DNA of 64,000 bases from Escherichia coli (GCF_013315695.1 NZ_CP054353.1); one strand, 5' to 3'; counted from the stretch's first letter, positions 37,607 through 50,088 are shown. Program-made: numbers and translations. Notes: a model not told the origin generated them from the sequence alone.

Positions 37607-38611
37607 TTAAAGCGGATCGACTTTCAGGCAAGAAACGGCGTGTCTGAAACTCCCCTCCAGCACAGGACGTGTTTTGGCACACTCCGGACCGGCAATCGGA
37701 CAACGGGTACGGAAAACACAACCGGAAGGCGGGTTGATCGGCGACGGTAATTCCCCTTCCAGTAACTGGATGGTTTTGTTCTTCTCCAGATCCGGATCAG
37801 GTATGGGGACTGCCGACATCAATGCCCTGGTGTAAGGATGTAGTGGATTGTGGTAGACCTCATCATAGGTCCCCAGTTCTACCGCATGGCCGAGATACAT
37901 CACTAACACACGATCGGAAATGTGTTTTACCACGGCCAGGTCGTGAGCGATAAAAATTAATGACAATCCCATCTCACGTTGTAACTGCTGGAGCAGGTTG
38001 ACCACCTGCGCCTGAATTGACACATCCAGCGCCGACACCGGCTCATCACAGATAATCAGCTTCGGTTCAAGAATAAGTGCACGTGCAATCCCGATACGCT
38101 GGCACTGCCCACCAGAGAACTCATGCGGATAGCGGTTAATCAGGTTAGGCAATAACCCGACTTTCAGCATCATCGCCTTCACGCGCTCGCGAACTTCCTG
38201 GCGTGACATTTTCGGATGATAAGTACGCAGTGGTTCAGCGATGATCTCGCCGATGGTCATACGCGGGTTCAGCGATGCCAACGGATCCTGGAAAATCATC
38301 TGAATATCACTGCGAACGGCACGCCATTCATCGGGCTTCATGCCCAGCAACTCTTTACCTAACCAGGCAACATGACCGTCGGTCGCCTTGACCAAACCGA
38401 TGATGGCGCGAGCAAAGGTGGACTTACCGCATCCCGATTCCCCTACCACACCTAATGTTTCCCCTTCATACAGGCGAAGAGTTACACCATCGACGGCTTT
38501 GAGCGTTTTCGGCGGTTGCCAGAACCACTGTTTGCCATCTTTGATTTCAAAGTGCACTTTCAGATCGGCGATTTCGAGGAGGACTTTTCTTCCTTCGGTT
38601 ACAGCATTCAT
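37607..38611 (-). CDS. oppF: oligopeptide ABC transporter ATP-binding protein OppF
   Basis: 334-aa ABC ATPase (Walker A GESGCGKST). Confidence 0.95.
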   Translation of the reverse strand: MNAVTEGRKVLLEIADLKVHFEIKDGKQWFWQPPKTLKAVDGVTLRLYEGETLGVVGESGCGKSTFARAIIGLVKATDGHVAWLGKELLGMKPDEWRAVRSDIQMIFQDPLASLNPRMTIGEIIAEPLRTYHPKMSRQEVRERVKAMMLKVGLLPNLINRYPHEFSGGQCQRIGIARALILEPKLIICDEPVSALDVSIQAQVVNLLQQLQREMGLSLIFIAHDLAVVKHISDRVLVMYLGHAVELGTYDEVYHNPLHPYTRALMSAVPIPDPDLEKNKTIQLLEGELPSPINPPSGCVFRTRCPIAGPECAKTRPVLEGSFRHAVSCLKVDPL

Positions 38612-39621
38612 AACAGTTCCTCCACCGGTTTAAAGCAAGCACGCAGACGGCCAGGCGTAAACTCTTCCAGCGGCGGTGCGCTACTACAAATTTCCATCGC
38701 ATGCGGACAACGTGGCTGGAACGGGCAACCTTTCGGTAATCGCAGCAGGTTTGGCGGATTACCCGGAATAGTCAACATTGTTTCACCTTCCGCATCGAGA
38801 CGCGGCACCGCGTTGAGCAAACCGATAGAATAAGGATGAACGGGTTGATAAAAGACATCGCGCGCGTTGCCATATTCCATCGTGCGCCCGGCGTACATTA
38901 CCAGCACTTTGTCGCAGATCCCCGCCACCACGCCAAGATCGTGGGTGATCATAATGATGGCGGTATTAAATTCCCGCTTCAGTTCATTCAATAGCGTCAT
39001 GATCTGCGCCTGTACGGTGACGTCCAGCGCAGTAGTGGGTTCATCCGCAATCAGCAGCTTAGGTCGACATAGCAACGCCATCGCAATCATGACTCGCTGA
39101 CGCATGCCGCCAGAAAATTCGTGCGGGTACATTTTCATGCGTTTACGCGCTTCCGGCATTTTTACCGCATCGAGCATCCGCACCGACTCTTCAAACGCCT
39201 CAGCTTTGCTCATGTTCTTATGCAGCATCAGCACTTCCATCAACTGCTCACCGACGCGCATATAGGGATTCAACGAAGTCATTGGGTCCTGAAAAATCAT
39301 TGAGATTTGTTCAGCTCGCAGTTTATTGAGTTCACGCTCTGGCAAATTGAGGATTTCACGCCCATTGAAGGTTGCCGATCCGCCAATACGTCCGTTGGCA
39401 GCCAACAGGCCCATCAACGCAAATGCGGTTTGCGATTTGCCCGAACCAGACTCACCTACGATGCCCAGCGTTTCTCCGGCACGTAGGGAAAAATTCAGAT
39501 CATTGACCGCCGTGACGTCGCCGTCCGGGGTATTAAAGGTGACACGCAAATCTTTCACGTTCAGCAGTGCGTCAGCCTGTTGTTGTGCGAGCGGCACAGT
39601 TGCAGTTTCAATTACGCTCAT
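38608..39621 (-). CDS. oppD: oligopeptide ABC transporter ATP-binding protein OppD
   Basis: 337-aa ABC ATPase (GESGSGKSQ). Confidence 0.95.
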   Translation of the reverse strand: MSVIETATVPLAQQQADALLNVKDLRVTFNTPDGDVTAVNDLNFSLRAGETLGIVGESGSGKSQTAFALMGLLAANGRIGGSATFNGREILNLPERELNKLRAEQISMIFQDPMTSLNPYMRVGEQLMEVLMLHKNMSKAEAFEESVRMLDAVKMPEARKRMKMYPHEFSGGMRQRVMIAMALLCRPKLLIADEPTTALDVTVQAQIMTLLNELKREFNTAIIMITHDLGVVAGICDKVLVMYAGRTMEYGNARDVFYQPVHPYSIGLLNAVPRLDAEGETMLTIPGNPPNLLRLPKGCPFQPRCPHAMEICSSAPPLEEFTPGRLRACFKPVEELL

Positions 39622-39632
39622 GGCTGCACTCC

Positions 39633-40541
39633 TTAACGATCTTTCGGGTCGAGGGCATCACGCAAGCCATCGCCGATAAAGTTGAAACAAAATAGCGTCA
39701 CCACGAGGAATCCCGCTGGGAACAACAGTAACCATGGAGAGACTTCCATCGAGTTCGCGCCATCACTCAGCAATGCGCCCCAGCTGCTTAACGGCTCTTG
39801 CGTCCCCAACCCCAGGAAGCTAAGGAAAGATTCAAAGAGGATCATGCTGGGCACCAATAGCGATGCGTAGACCACCACCACACCGAGTACGTTCGGCACA
39901 ATGTGGCGAATAACAATGCCCGGCGTCGATACACCGCCAACTTGTGCCGCCTCAATAAACTCTTTGCGCTTCAGACTCAGGGTTTGCCCACGCACAATAC
40001 GAGCCATATCCAGCCAGGAAACCATGCCAATCGCCACGAAAATCAGCAGGATGTTTTGACCGAAAAAGGTCACCAGCAAAATGACGAAGAACATGAATGG
40101 GAAGGAGTTGAGGATTTCCAGCAGACGCATCATTACCGAATCCACTTTACCGCCCAGATAACCGGAAAGCGAACCATAAAGTGTCCCCACGACCACTGCC
40201 ACCAGTGCCGCAGCAACACCGACCATGAGTGAGATACGCCCGCCAATCGCAACGCGCACAAGCAGGTCGCGACCAGATGAGTCAGTACCAAAGTAGTGAC
40301 CGGACTCCATATCCGGGGCGCTGGACATCATCGCCCAGTCAGTATCGTCATAGGCAAACTGCGAAAGCATCGGTGCCAGGATGACAAATAACGCGATCAG
40401 CACCAGCACTATCAGACTGGCAACCGCCGCACGGTTATGCATAAAACGTCGACGTGCGTCCTGCCACAAGCTGCGCCCTTCGACCTCCAGCTTTTCACTG
40501 AAATTTTCCAGCGTCTCGCTGTTTTTCTTACTTAACATCAT
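39633..40541 (-). CDS. oppC: oligopeptide ABC transporter permease OppC
   Basis: 302-aa multi-TM permease. Confidence 0.95.
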   Translation of the reverse strand: MMLSKKNSETLENFSEKLEVEGRSLWQDARRRFMHNRAAVASLIVLVLIALFVILAPMLSQFAYDDTDWAMMSSAPDMESGHYFGTDSSGRDLLVRVAIGGRISLMVGVAAALVAVVVGTLYGSLSGYLGGKVDSVMMRLLEILNSFPFMFFVILLVTFFGQNILLIFVAIGMVSWLDMARIVRGQTLSLKRKEFIEAAQVGGVSTPGIVIRHIVPNVLGVVVVYASLLVPSMILFESFLSFLGLGTQEPLSSWGALLSDGANSMEVSPWLLLFPAGFLVVTLFCFNFIGDGLRDALDPKDR

Positions 40542-40555
40542 CGCGAGCTCCAGTA

Positions 40556-41476
40556 TCAGTAACGGATTTTCGGGTCGATAACCGCATATAGCACATCGAC
40601 AATGGCATTAAACAAAATGGTTAAAGCACCAACCAGGATGGTCAGGCTTAACACTAAGGAATAGTCACGGTTCAATGCACCATTAACGAACAATTGCCCA
40701 ATCCCCGGCAAACCATAAATGGTTTCGATGACCATAGAACCGGTAATAATGCCGACAAATGCAGGGCCCATATAGGAGAGCACGGGTAACAGAGCAGGTT
40801 TTAATGCGTGGCGTAAAATGATCCGCCGCATAGGTAACCCTTTCGCCCGGGCAGTACGAATAAAGTTGGAGTGTAATACTTCAATCATAGAGCCACGGGT
40901 AATACGCGCAATACTGGCGATATAGGCGAGTGACAACGCCACCATTGGCAGTATCATGAATTTAAGCGCACCACCATTCCAGCCACCGCCCGGCAGCCAA
41001 TGCAAAATGATCGCAAATATCATGACTAATAATGGCGCAACCACAAAACTGGGGATAACAACCCCGGTCATTGCCAGCCCCATCACGGTATAGTCCCATT
41101 TGGTGTTTTGTTTTAATGCGGCAATAACGCCAGCACTAACACCCAGTATTACCGCAAGGAAAAATGCTGCGGCTCCCAGTTTGGCAGAAACGGGAAAACT
41201 GGATGCAACCAGGTCATTGACCGAATAATCTTTATATTTAAACGATGGACCGAAATCGCCATGCGCCAGTTGTTTCAGGTAGCTGAAATACTGTGTCATG
41301 ATCGGATCATTAAGATGATATTTCGCTTCGATATTGGCCATCACTTCCGGTGGTAAAGTACGTTCGCCGGTAAAAGGACTGCCCGGCGCGAGGCGCATCA
41401 TAAAGAACGAAATAGTAATAAGAATAAATAGCGTCGGAATCGCTTCCAGACAGCGACGTAGAATAAATTTTAACAT
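40556..41476 (-). CDS. oppB: oligopeptide ABC transporter permease OppB
   Basis: 306-aa multi-TM permease. Confidence 0.95.
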   Translation of the reverse strand: MLKFILRRCLEAIPTLFILITISFFMMRLAPGSPFTGERTLPPEVMANIEAKYHLNDPIMTQYFSYLKQLAHGDFGPSFKYKDYSVNDLVASSFPVSAKLGAAAFFLAVILGVSAGVIAALKQNTKWDYTVMGLAMTGVVIPSFVVAPLLVMIFAIILHWLPGGGWNGGALKFMILPMVALSLAYIASIARITRGSMIEVLHSNFIRTARAKGLPMRRIILRHALKPALLPVLSYMGPAFVGIITGSMVIETIYGLPGIGQLFVNGALNRDYSLVLSLTILVGALTILFNAIVDVLYAVIDPKIRY

Positions 41477-41561
41477 TGCCCTACCTTCTGGCCTGTGCCT
41501 TCTGTAATGCGATAAAAATCAGACACCGTGGAGCAGGACACTCCTGCCCCACGTATTGCCA

Positions 41562-43193
41562 TTAGTGCTTCACAATGTACATATTCCGGGTGTAGGTATT
41601 ATCCAGCGGATCTTTGCCGGTATAGCCACCAACCCACGGTTTCACCAGACGCGCATTCACGTAGTAATAAACAGGAACAATGGCCGAATCCTTATCCAGC
41701 TGTTGTTCTGCTTTAGTGTACAGAGCTGTGCGCTGCGCCTCGTCAGTCGCTTTCAGCGTTTCCGCCATAATGCTGTCAAAGGCCGGGCTCTTATAATGCG
41801 CGGTATTCATCGAGCTGTTCGACAGCATGGTGTTCAGGAAGGAAGTTGGTTCGTTGTAGTCTGCACACCAGCCTGCACGGGCCACATCAAAAGTGCCCTG
41901 GTGACGGGTGTCGAGGAACGTTTTCCACTCCTGGTTAACCAGTTTGACGTTTACACCAATGTTTTTCTTCCACAATGAAGAGGCAGCAATCGCCAGCTTT
42001 TTATGCAGATCGGAGGTGTTATACAACAGGTTGATGGTTAACGGTTTGTCTGCGGTATAACCCGCTTCAGCCAGCAGTTTTTTCGCTTCTTCGTTACGTT
42101 TTTCCTGGCTCCAGCCAAACCATTCCGGCTGAGTCAATTTTGCGCCATCAGTATATGGTGGAGTGTAACCATAGGCGGGCATGTCGCCCTGCGCTTTCAC
42201 TTTATTAACAATGATATCGCGGTCCATACCCAATTTCAGTGCGGTACGCACACGCACGTCATTAAATGGCGGTTTCTGGTTGTTAATTTCGTAATAGTAA
42301 GTGCACAGGTATGGATCAACGTGAACTTCGTCCGGGATCTCTTTTTTCAGCTTCTGGAACAATTCGATCGGCATGTTGTTATAAGTCATGTCGATTTCAC
42401 CACTACGGTAGCGGTTGACATCGGTAACTTCAGAAGCAATAGGCAAATAGGTTACCTGGTTAATAACGGTTTTCGCGTTGTTCCAGTAGGTCGGGCTGCG
42501 TTCAAGAACGATTCGTTCGTTTACGACCCAATCTTTTAAGGTATAGGCACCGTTGGTGACGATATTACCAGGCTGGGTCCATTTTTCGCCGAATTTCTCG
42601 ATAGCGGCTTTTGGCACCGGTGAAGTTGATGGGTGAACAAGTAATTTATAGAAGTACGGAACAGGTTCACTTAAGGTGACTTCTAATGTGTGATCATCAA
42701 TAGCTTTCACGCCGAGATCGGTAATCGGTTTTTTCCCTTCAAGAATTTCATCAATACCGGCGATATGCCCATATTGCAGATAACTGGCATACGGAGAAGC
42801 AGTGTTTGGATCAACAGAACGTTGCCAGCTATACACAAAGTCTTGTGCTGTGACTGGCGTGCCATCAGACCATTTCGCATCTTTACGCAAATGGAAGGTC
42901 CAGACTTTCGCGTCTTTATTATCCCAGGATTCAGCGACGCCAGGTGCCGGATGGCCGTCAAGATCGCTAACCAGTAAGCCTTCAAACAGGTCTCGGCTGA
43001 TATTAGACTCCGGAACACCTTCAATTTTGTGCGGATCTAATGACTGAACTTCTGAACCATTGTTACGTACCAGCGTTTGTTTTTCCGCCAGTGTGACACC
43101 TGCGGGTACATCAGCTGCCAGCGCGACATTCCCTGCCATAAGCGCAGCCAAAACGCCAGCTGCTACTAAACTTCTCTTGGTGATGTTGGTCAT
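41562..43193 (-). CDS. oppA: periplasmic oligopeptide-binding protein OppA
   Basis: 543-aa product from MTNITKRSLVAAGVLAALMAGNVALA (signal peptide); ORF-track ORF extends to 43265. Confidence 0.95.
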   Translation of the reverse strand: MTNITKRSLVAAGVLAALMAGNVALAADVPAGVTLAEKQTLVRNNGSEVQSLDPHKIEGVPESNISRDLFEGLLVSDLDGHPAPGVAESWDNKDAKVWTFHLRKDAKWSDGTPVTAQDFVYSWQRSVDPNTASPYASYLQYGHIAGIDEILEGKKPITDLGVKAIDDHTLEVTLSEPVPYFYKLLVHPSTSPVPKAAIEKFGEKWTQPGNIVTNGAYTLKDWVVNERIVLERSPTYWNNAKTVINQVTYLPIASEVTDVNRYRSGEIDMTYNNMPIELFQKLKKEIPDEVHVDPYLCTYYYEINNQKPPFNDVRVRTALKLGMDRDIIVNKVKAQGDMPAYGYTPPYTDGAKLTQPEWFGWSQEKRNEEAKKLLAEAGYTADKPLTINLLYNTSDLHKKLAIAASSLWKKNIGVNVKLVNQEWKTFLDTRHQGTFDVARAGWCADYNEPTSFLNTMLSNSSMNTAHYKSPAFDSIMAETLKATDEAQRTALYTKAEQQLDKDSAIVPVYYYVNARLVKPWVGGYTGKDPLDNTYTRNMYIVKH

Positions 43194-43930
43194 TGTTTTT
43201 TGGACTCCCTCATTATAATTACTGGTATTAACCAGCATGTGTAATCCCGGATTGGGACCCTGCACAGGCTCGGAGACTTTCTGCTGTCAGGTTACTTTAT
43301 CGTTACGTATTACTATCACCGACTTTATTAATTCTGGTGATTCAGACGATCACCTTATGTCGATTCGTACTGTGTCTCCCCTGTCGAGACACATTATTCT
43401 TTCGCGACGATCTTTAATTGTTAATTATTCTCATTACCAATAAAGAATCGCCTTGCGGTTGCCCGGAAAGTACCAAATGCGGTTCTTACTCGCCAATACA
43501 TTTTGCAAAATTGTTAAGCAATTCTCTTTTATTGACCGTATCAGAATCTATAGCTTGCATCCATGCCTTAACAAACATCTTTCAATTCAATCAAATAGAG
43601 GTTGGTTAAGCATGTCTCTCTTTTCTGATTACAGTTCCAGTAGTGAAATGCACAATAATTTAACAATTGATTATTATTTAGCACTTTCCTCTGCCAAAGG
43701 CAGTGGAATTACTAATATCATTTCAATTATTCTTCAGCAAGCCCAGGATTATGATGTGGCGAAAATAACATGATGGTGAGGAGAAGCAGTTGAGGAAATC
43801 CTTATAACTAACTGTAATTTGAGAAGAATATTTTTACCTACTCCTTTTGCTTTTGATAACTGCGCAGGAACAAAGTAAAAATAATGACGAAGTAAACGGA
43901 GCATGGCAGCTCCGTTTCAATTGAAAGGAA

Positions 43931-44578
43931 TTAATTAAGCAGGCCGGGGAAAATCCCCTTAATACCAGTAACGATAAATTCAATCCCCAATGCCATCAGC
44001 AATAGCCCCATAATACGCGTAATCACGTTGATGCCGGTCTGGCGTAAAACCCGTACCAGCCACGGTGCCATGCGAAACAATCCCCAGCAACATAAAGCGA
44101 ACAATGCAATAGCCACAAAGAAACCAAACAGATAGCTAATGCTGTGATAACGCGTACCCCAGACGATGGTAGAACTGATCGCCCCTGGCCCCGCCATCAA
44201 CGGCAACGCCAATGGCACCACACCAATGCTTTCACGTACCGCGGTTTCTGATTTTTCTTGCTTGTTCTGTTTATCCTCACCAAGCTTGCCGCTGATCATC
44301 GACATCGCTATTGTCACCACCAGGATGCCCCCGGCGATACGGAATGAATCAATTGATATACCAAAAAGTTGTAGAATCGTGTCGCCGAGAAAAAGCGAGA
44401 TCCACAAGATAATGGCCACAGACAGGTTGGCTGTAAGGTTCGTTTTGTTTCGCGCTGCCGCTGTCTGATAACTGGTCATGCTGATAAAGACGGGAATAAT
44501 CCCTACCGGGTTGACCAGCGCAAATAACCCGATGAAAAATTTGAAGTAAACGGGAAAATCAAAAAGGGTCTGAATCAC
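43931..44578 (-). CDS. ychE: MarC-family inner membrane protein YchE
   Basis: 215-aa multi-TM ORF. Confidence 0.9.
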   Translation of the reverse strand: MIQTLFDFPVYFKFFIGLFALVNPVGIIPVFISMTSYQTAAARNKTNLTANLSVAIILWISLFLGDTILQLFGISIDSFRIAGGILVVTIAMSMISGKLGEDKQNKQEKSETAVRESIGVVPLALPLMAGPGAISSTIVWGTRYHSISYLFGFFVAIALFALCCWGLFRMAPWLVRVLRQTGINVITRIMGLLLMALGIEFIVTGIKGIFPGLLN

Positions 44579-45054
44579 GGTTAGCTCCGAAGCAAAAGCC
44601 GGATAATGTTAGCCATAAATAAGGTTGAAAAGACGCGCTGACAATACGCCTTTTGACAGCATTTTTCACCTCCTAACTACTTAAAATTGCTATCATTCGT
44701 TATTGTTATCTAGTTGTGCAAAACATGCTAATGTAGCCAACAAATCATACTACAATTTATTAACTGTTAGCTATAATGGCGAAAAGCCATGCTGAAAGGT
44801 GTCAGCTTTGCAAAATTTTGATTTGGATCACGTAATCAGTACCCAGAAGTGAGTAATCTTGCTTACGCCACCTGGAAGTGACGCATTAGAGATAATAACT
44901 CTAATGTTTAAACTCTTTTAGTAAATCACAGTGAGTGTGAGCGCGAGTAAGCTTTTGATTTCCATCGGTTAAGCAAATCATCACCGCACTGACTATACTC
45001 TCGTATTCGAGCAGATGATTTACTAAAAAAGTTTAACATTATCAGGAGAGCATT

Positions 45055-47730
45055 ATGGCTGTTACTAATGTCGCTGAACTTAACGCACTCGTAGAGCGTG
45101 TAAAAAAAGCCCAGCGTGAATATGCCAGTTTCACTCAAGAGCAAGTAGACAAAATCTTCCGCGCCGCCGCTCTGGCTGCTGCAGATGCTCGAATCCCACT
45201 CGCGAAAATGGCCGTTGCCGAATCCGGCATGGGTATCGTCGAAGATAAAGTGATCAAAAACCACTTTGCTTCTGAATATATCTACAACGCTTATAAAGAT
45301 GAAAAAACCTGTGGTGTTCTGTCTGAAGACGACACTTTTGGTACCATCACTATCGCTGAACCCATCGGTATTATTTGCGGTATCGTTCCGACCACTAACC
45401 CGACTTCAACTGCTATCTTCAAATCGCTGATCAGCCTGAAGACCCGTAACGCCATTATCTTCTCCCCGCACCCGCGTGCAAAAGATGCAACCAACAAAGC
45501 GGCTGATATCGTTCTGCAGGCTGCTATCGCTGCCGGTGCTCCGAAAGATCTGATCGGCTGGATCGATCAACCTTCGGTTGAACTGTCTAACGCACTGATG
45601 CACCACCCAGACATCAACCTGATCCTCGCGACTGGTGGTCCGGGCATGGTTAAAGCCGCATACAGCTCCGGTAAACCAGCTATCGGCGTAGGCGCGGGCA
45701 ACACTCCGGTTGTTATCGATGAAACTGCTGATATCAAACGTGCAGTTGCATCTGTACTGATGTCCAAAACCTTCGACAACGGCGTAATCTGTGCTTCTGA
45801 ACAGTCTGTTGTTGTTGTTGACTCTGTTTATGACGCAGTACGTGAACGTTTCGCAACCCACGGCGGCTATCTGTTGCAGGGTAAAGAGCTGAAAGCTGTT
45901 CAGGACGTTATCCTGAAAAACGGTGCGCTGAACGCAGCTATCGTTGGTCAGCCAGCCTATAAAATTGCTGAACTGGCAGGCTTCTCTGTACCAGAAAACA
46001 CCAAGATTCTGATCGGTGAAGTGACCGTTGTTGATGAAAGCGAACCGTTCGCACATGAAAAACTGTCCCCAACTCTGGCAATGTACCGCGCTAAAGATTT
46101 CGAAGACGCGGTAGAAAAAGCAGAGAAACTGGTTGCTATGGGCGGTATCGGTCATACCTCTTGCCTGTACACTGACCAGGATAACCAACCGGCTCGCGTT
46201 TCTTACTTCGGTCAGAAAATGAAAACGGCTCGTATCCTGATTAACACCCCGGCTTCTCAGGGTGGTATCGGTGACCTGTATAACTTCAAACTCGCACCTT
46301 CCCTGACTCTGGGTTGTGGTTCCTGGGGTGGTAACTCCATCTCTGAAAACGTTGGTCCGAAACACCTGATCAACAAGAAAACCGTTGCTAAGCGAGCTGA
46401 AAACATGTTGTGGCACAAACTTCCGAAATCTATCTACTTCCGCCGTGGCTCCCTGCCAATCGCGCTGGATGAAGTGATTACTGATGGCCACAAACGTGCG
46501 CTCATCGTGACTGACCGCTTCCTGTTTAACAATGGTTATGCTGATCAGATCACTTCCGTACTGAAAGCAGCAGGCGTTGAAACTGAAGTCTTCTTCGAAG
46601 TAGAAGCTGACCCGACCCTGAGCATCGTTCGTAAAGGTGCAGAACTGGCAAACTCCTTCAAACCAGACGTGATTATCGCGCTGGGTGGTGGTTCCCCGAT
46701 GGACGCCGCGAAGATCATGTGGGTTATGTACGAACATCCGGAAACTCACTTCGAAGAGCTGGCGCTGCGCTTTATGGATATCCGTAAACGTATCTACAAG
46801 TTCCCGAAAATGGGCGTGAAAGCGAAAATGATCGCTGTCACCACCACTTCTGGTACAGGTTCTGAAGTCACTCCGTTTGCGGTTGTAACTGACGACGCTA
46901 CTGGTCAGAAATATCCGCTGGCAGACTATGCGCTGACCCCGGATATGGCGATTGTCGATGCCAATCTGGTTATGGACATGCCGAAGTCCCTGTGTGCTTT
47001 CGGTGGTCTGGACGCAGTAACTCACGCCATGGAAGCTTATGTTTCTGTACTGGCATCTGAGTTCTCTGATGGTCAGGCTCTGCAGGCGCTGAAACTGCTG
47101 AAAGAATATCTGCCAGCGTCCTACCACGAAGGATCTAAAAATCCGGTAGCGCGTGAACGTGTTCACAGTGCAGCAACTATCGCGGGTATCGCGTTTGCGA
47201 ACGCCTTCCTGGGTGTATGTCACTCAATGGCGCACAAACTGGGTTCCCAGTTCCATATTCCGCACGGTCTGGCAAACGCCCTGCTGATTTGTAACGTTAT
47301 TCGCTACAACGCGAACGACAACCCGACCAAGCAGACTGCATTCAGCCAGTATGACCGTCCGCAGGCTCGCCGTCGTTATGCTGAAATTGCTGACCACCTG
47401 GGTCTGAGCGCACCGGGCGACCGTACTGCTGCTAAGATCGAGAAACTGCTGGCATGGCTGGAAACGCTGAAAGCTGAACTGGGTATTCCGAAATCTATCC
47501 GTGAAGCTGGCGTTCAGGAAGCAGACTTCCTGGCGAATGTGGATAAACTGTCTGAAGATGCATTCGATGACCAGTGCACCGGCGCTAACCCGCGTTACCC
47601 ACTGATCTCCGAGCTGAAACAGATTCTGCTGGATACCTACTACGGTCGTGATTATGTAGAAGGTGAAACTGCAGCGAAAAAAGAAGCCGCTCCGGCTAAA
47701 GCTGAGAAAAAAGCGAAGAAATCCGCTTAA
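45055..47730 (+). CDS. adhE: bifunctional aldehyde/alcohol dehydrogenase
   Basis: 891-aa product [35 protein letters not shown]...; aldehyde dehydrogenase N-domain plus iron-type alcohol dehydrogenase C-domain. Confidence 0.97.
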
Positions 47731-47771
47731 TCAGTAGCGCTGTCTGGCAACATAAACGGTCCCTTCTGGGG

Positions 47772-49197
47772 TAATGCCAGTCAGTTAAGCAACTGACTGG
47801 CTCTTTTTCGGGGCTGTGGGGTATTTCCAGGGCCTCTCCTTTACCACTCTCGGGAAGGCCCTTTCCCTTCTTGTCGGTAATTTCACAAGTTGTCCCATAC
47901 TTGCAAGATCGCGCATCAGCTCCGGTATACGTCCCGGTGAAGCGCCCTGCAATGTCATCAGCATTCTCATCACCATTCCGCATGATTCTGAGAAACTCAG
48001 TTGATTCGGCCAGTAACCTTTCAGATGTTCCGCCATTTTAATCATCTGATATCTCACCAGATTATAAGCCAGTAAGACACCCCACAGCTCTTGCTCCACA
48101 AGCTCCGGTTTTTTACTTCTCAGCGTCAGCCTGCTCAGTTGCATCGTCTGTTTTATCTCCCTGTATCCCAGTTCGATTTCCCAGCGATGACTGTACAGAT
48201 CCGCCATTTCTCCTCCGGGGAAGCGCATGGCGTCCGTCATCGACGTCAGCAGATGGCAGACTTTTCCTTTGCGCGTCACGGTCAGCAGGCGGGCTGTCAC
48301 TTCATTTCCCAGTCCCGGCCACTTTTTTCGTGCCTGCGGGCTGGTTTTCAGCTTCACCAGATGATCGCCTTTACCCAGTTTTCTGATCTCTTCATATTGC
48401 GCTCCCTTTCTGAGAGGTATCATCCAGTGGCGGTGTTCTCCCGCCAGGCTCCAGGCATTTAACAGTCCCAGTGAGTAATAACCTTTATCCATTAACGTCA
48501 GAGTGTTATCGCCGGTTTGTTCTATAAGTTGCTCAGCAAGCTCATTTTCGCTGTTCTTCATCGTGCCGAAGGCTGCAGCCGTCAGCAGATGGCTGGTCAG
48601 TTCCATCTGGCAGACCATTTTGACCTGCGGGTAGAGCGCCGGGTTCCCGGCATGTGTCTGGCGGGGGAAGGCTGCATCGTTCTCTGGTGTATCCGGTGTG
48701 CGCCAGAACACACCATCGATGGCCAGCAGGGTCAGGCCGCACCAGTGCGGATGCGGCGTGGCGTTATGCCAGAGCTGCGCTGTTTTCGTGAACACGCGGC
48801 GGACAGCCTCACTTCCCAGGCGCTGGCGGGCCTGAATAACGGCACTGGGGGCAACGAAGGGGCGATTGCCCGGCAGCATGATGTCCAGGCGATTCACAAT
48901 CTGGTGAAGAGGTTCTTTACGCTCAAGCGCCATGCCAACAATACACCAGACCATCATTTCGAGGGGAAGACGGCGCTTGCGTAGCGTTACAGTACCTGAT
49001 TCGGCAAGGCAACGAGAGATGAGTTCGGGGTCGAGGTAATCCCCCAGAGAAGTCAGTGGGTTACGCAGAGAATCGTAACGGGATACCAGATCAAGAGCCT
49101 GTCCAATGTGCATAAAAAAATCCGGAAACAAGTGAGCGTTTCCGGATTCTTACACAGCCACTGGATCGGTCAACTGATCCTTAACTGATCGGCATTA
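47772..49197 (-). mobile_element. IS4 insertion sequence (1426 bp) with 12-bp target-site duplication
   Basis: Terminal inverted repeats TAATGCCAGTCAGTTAAG... (47772-) and ...CTTAACTGATCGGCATTA (-49197); TCCCTTCTGGGG present on both flanks (47760-47771 and 49198-49209). Confidence 0.9.
47785..49113 (-). CDS. insG: IS4 transposase
   Basis: 442-aa product [40 protein letters not shown]...; ORF-track ORF adds 6 upstream codons. Confidence 0.9.
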   Translation of the reverse strand: MHIGQALDLVSRYDSLRNPLTSLGDYLDPELISRCLAESGTVTLRKRRLPLEMMVWCIVGMALERKEPLHQIVNRLDIMLPGNRPFVAPSAVIQARQRLGSEAVRRVFTKTAQLWHNATPHPHWCGLTLLAIDGVFWRTPDTPENDAAFPRQTHAGNPALYPQVKMVCQMELTSHLLTAAAFGTMKNSENELAEQLIEQTGDNTLTLMDKGYYSLGLLNAWSLAGEHRHWMIPLRKGAQYEEIRKLGKGDHLVKLKTSPQARKKWPGLGNEVTARLLTVTRKGKVCHLLTSMTDAMRFPGGEMADLYSHRWEIELGYREIKQTMQLSRLTLRSKKPELVEQELWGVLLAYNLVRYQMIKMAEHLKGYWPNQLSFSESCGMVMRMLMTLQGASPGRIPELMRDLASMGQLVKLPTRRERAFPRVVKERPWKYPTAPKKSQSVA

Positions 49198-49470
49198 TCC
49201 CTTCTGGGGCCGTTTTTTTGTTTTACCCAAAGCAACTTTCCCATAAACCGACAGCATTTGCCTTCATCATATTTACGGCGATGTATAACGCCTACACACA
49301 GCGATATTGTACTTTACAGGTTACAAGTCAACGTCACTGTAAAAGCGCTCTGTGAGGGGTATAGTGGCGTTAAAGAACTGTCGAGAAGGGTATATACACC
49401 GGATGAAGTGAGTAAAACGAACTGACAGGATAAAAGCGCCCTGCTCACCCTGTCAGTAAAGAAATTCTTA

Positions 49471-50088
49471 TTAATCGTGGCGATGCCTTTCCTGAATAGC
49501 CGTTAATGAGCCGACTTCTAACGCTTCTTTATAGTGTTTACGGCATACAGAAACGTAGCGTTCATTACCACCAATAACCACCTGCTCACCTTCGTTATAA
49601 GGTCTGCCTGCTTGATCAAGACGCAGCACCATGCTTGCTTTGCGGCCACAAAAACAGATGGTTTTTAATTCAACCAGTTTGTCGGACCATGCCAGTAAGT
49701 ATTGGCTGCCAATAAATAACTCACCTCGAAAATCGGTACGTAAACCATAACAAAGTACGGGTATATCGAGTTGATCGACAACCTCCGATAATTCATATAC
49801 TTGTTGTCTGGTTAAAAACTGGCATTCATCAACCAGTACGCAATGAATTGCCTGCTGTTCATGTTCCGCACGAATCTCATCAAATAATGATGAATTTTGG
49901 TTAAATAATTTTGCAGGCGATGACAAACCTATACGCGAGCTGACTTTCCCGGCACCAAAGCGATCATCAATTTCTGCCGTATATACGACAGTGCGCATGC
50001 CGCGTTCCTGGTAATTGTATGAAGATTGCAACAATGCTGTAGACTTACCCGCATTCATTGCGGAATAGTAGAAATATAGCTGTGCCAT
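49471..50088 (-). CDS. tdk: thymidine kinase
   Basis: 205-aa product [30 protein letters not shown]... Confidence 0.95.

Noticed and set aside
43453-43773. 106-aa plus-strand ORF in the oppA-ychE intergenic region
   Set aside because: AT-rich, low-complexity, no RBS; it sits in the long oppA 5' regulatory/leader region, so more likely non-coding.
45406-47223. 605-aa minus-strand ORF antisense to adhE
   Set aside because: It lies entirely inside the highly conserved adhE gene on the opposite strand, a typical long antisense frame of a GC-balanced gene; Cys/Arg-rich low-complexity product.
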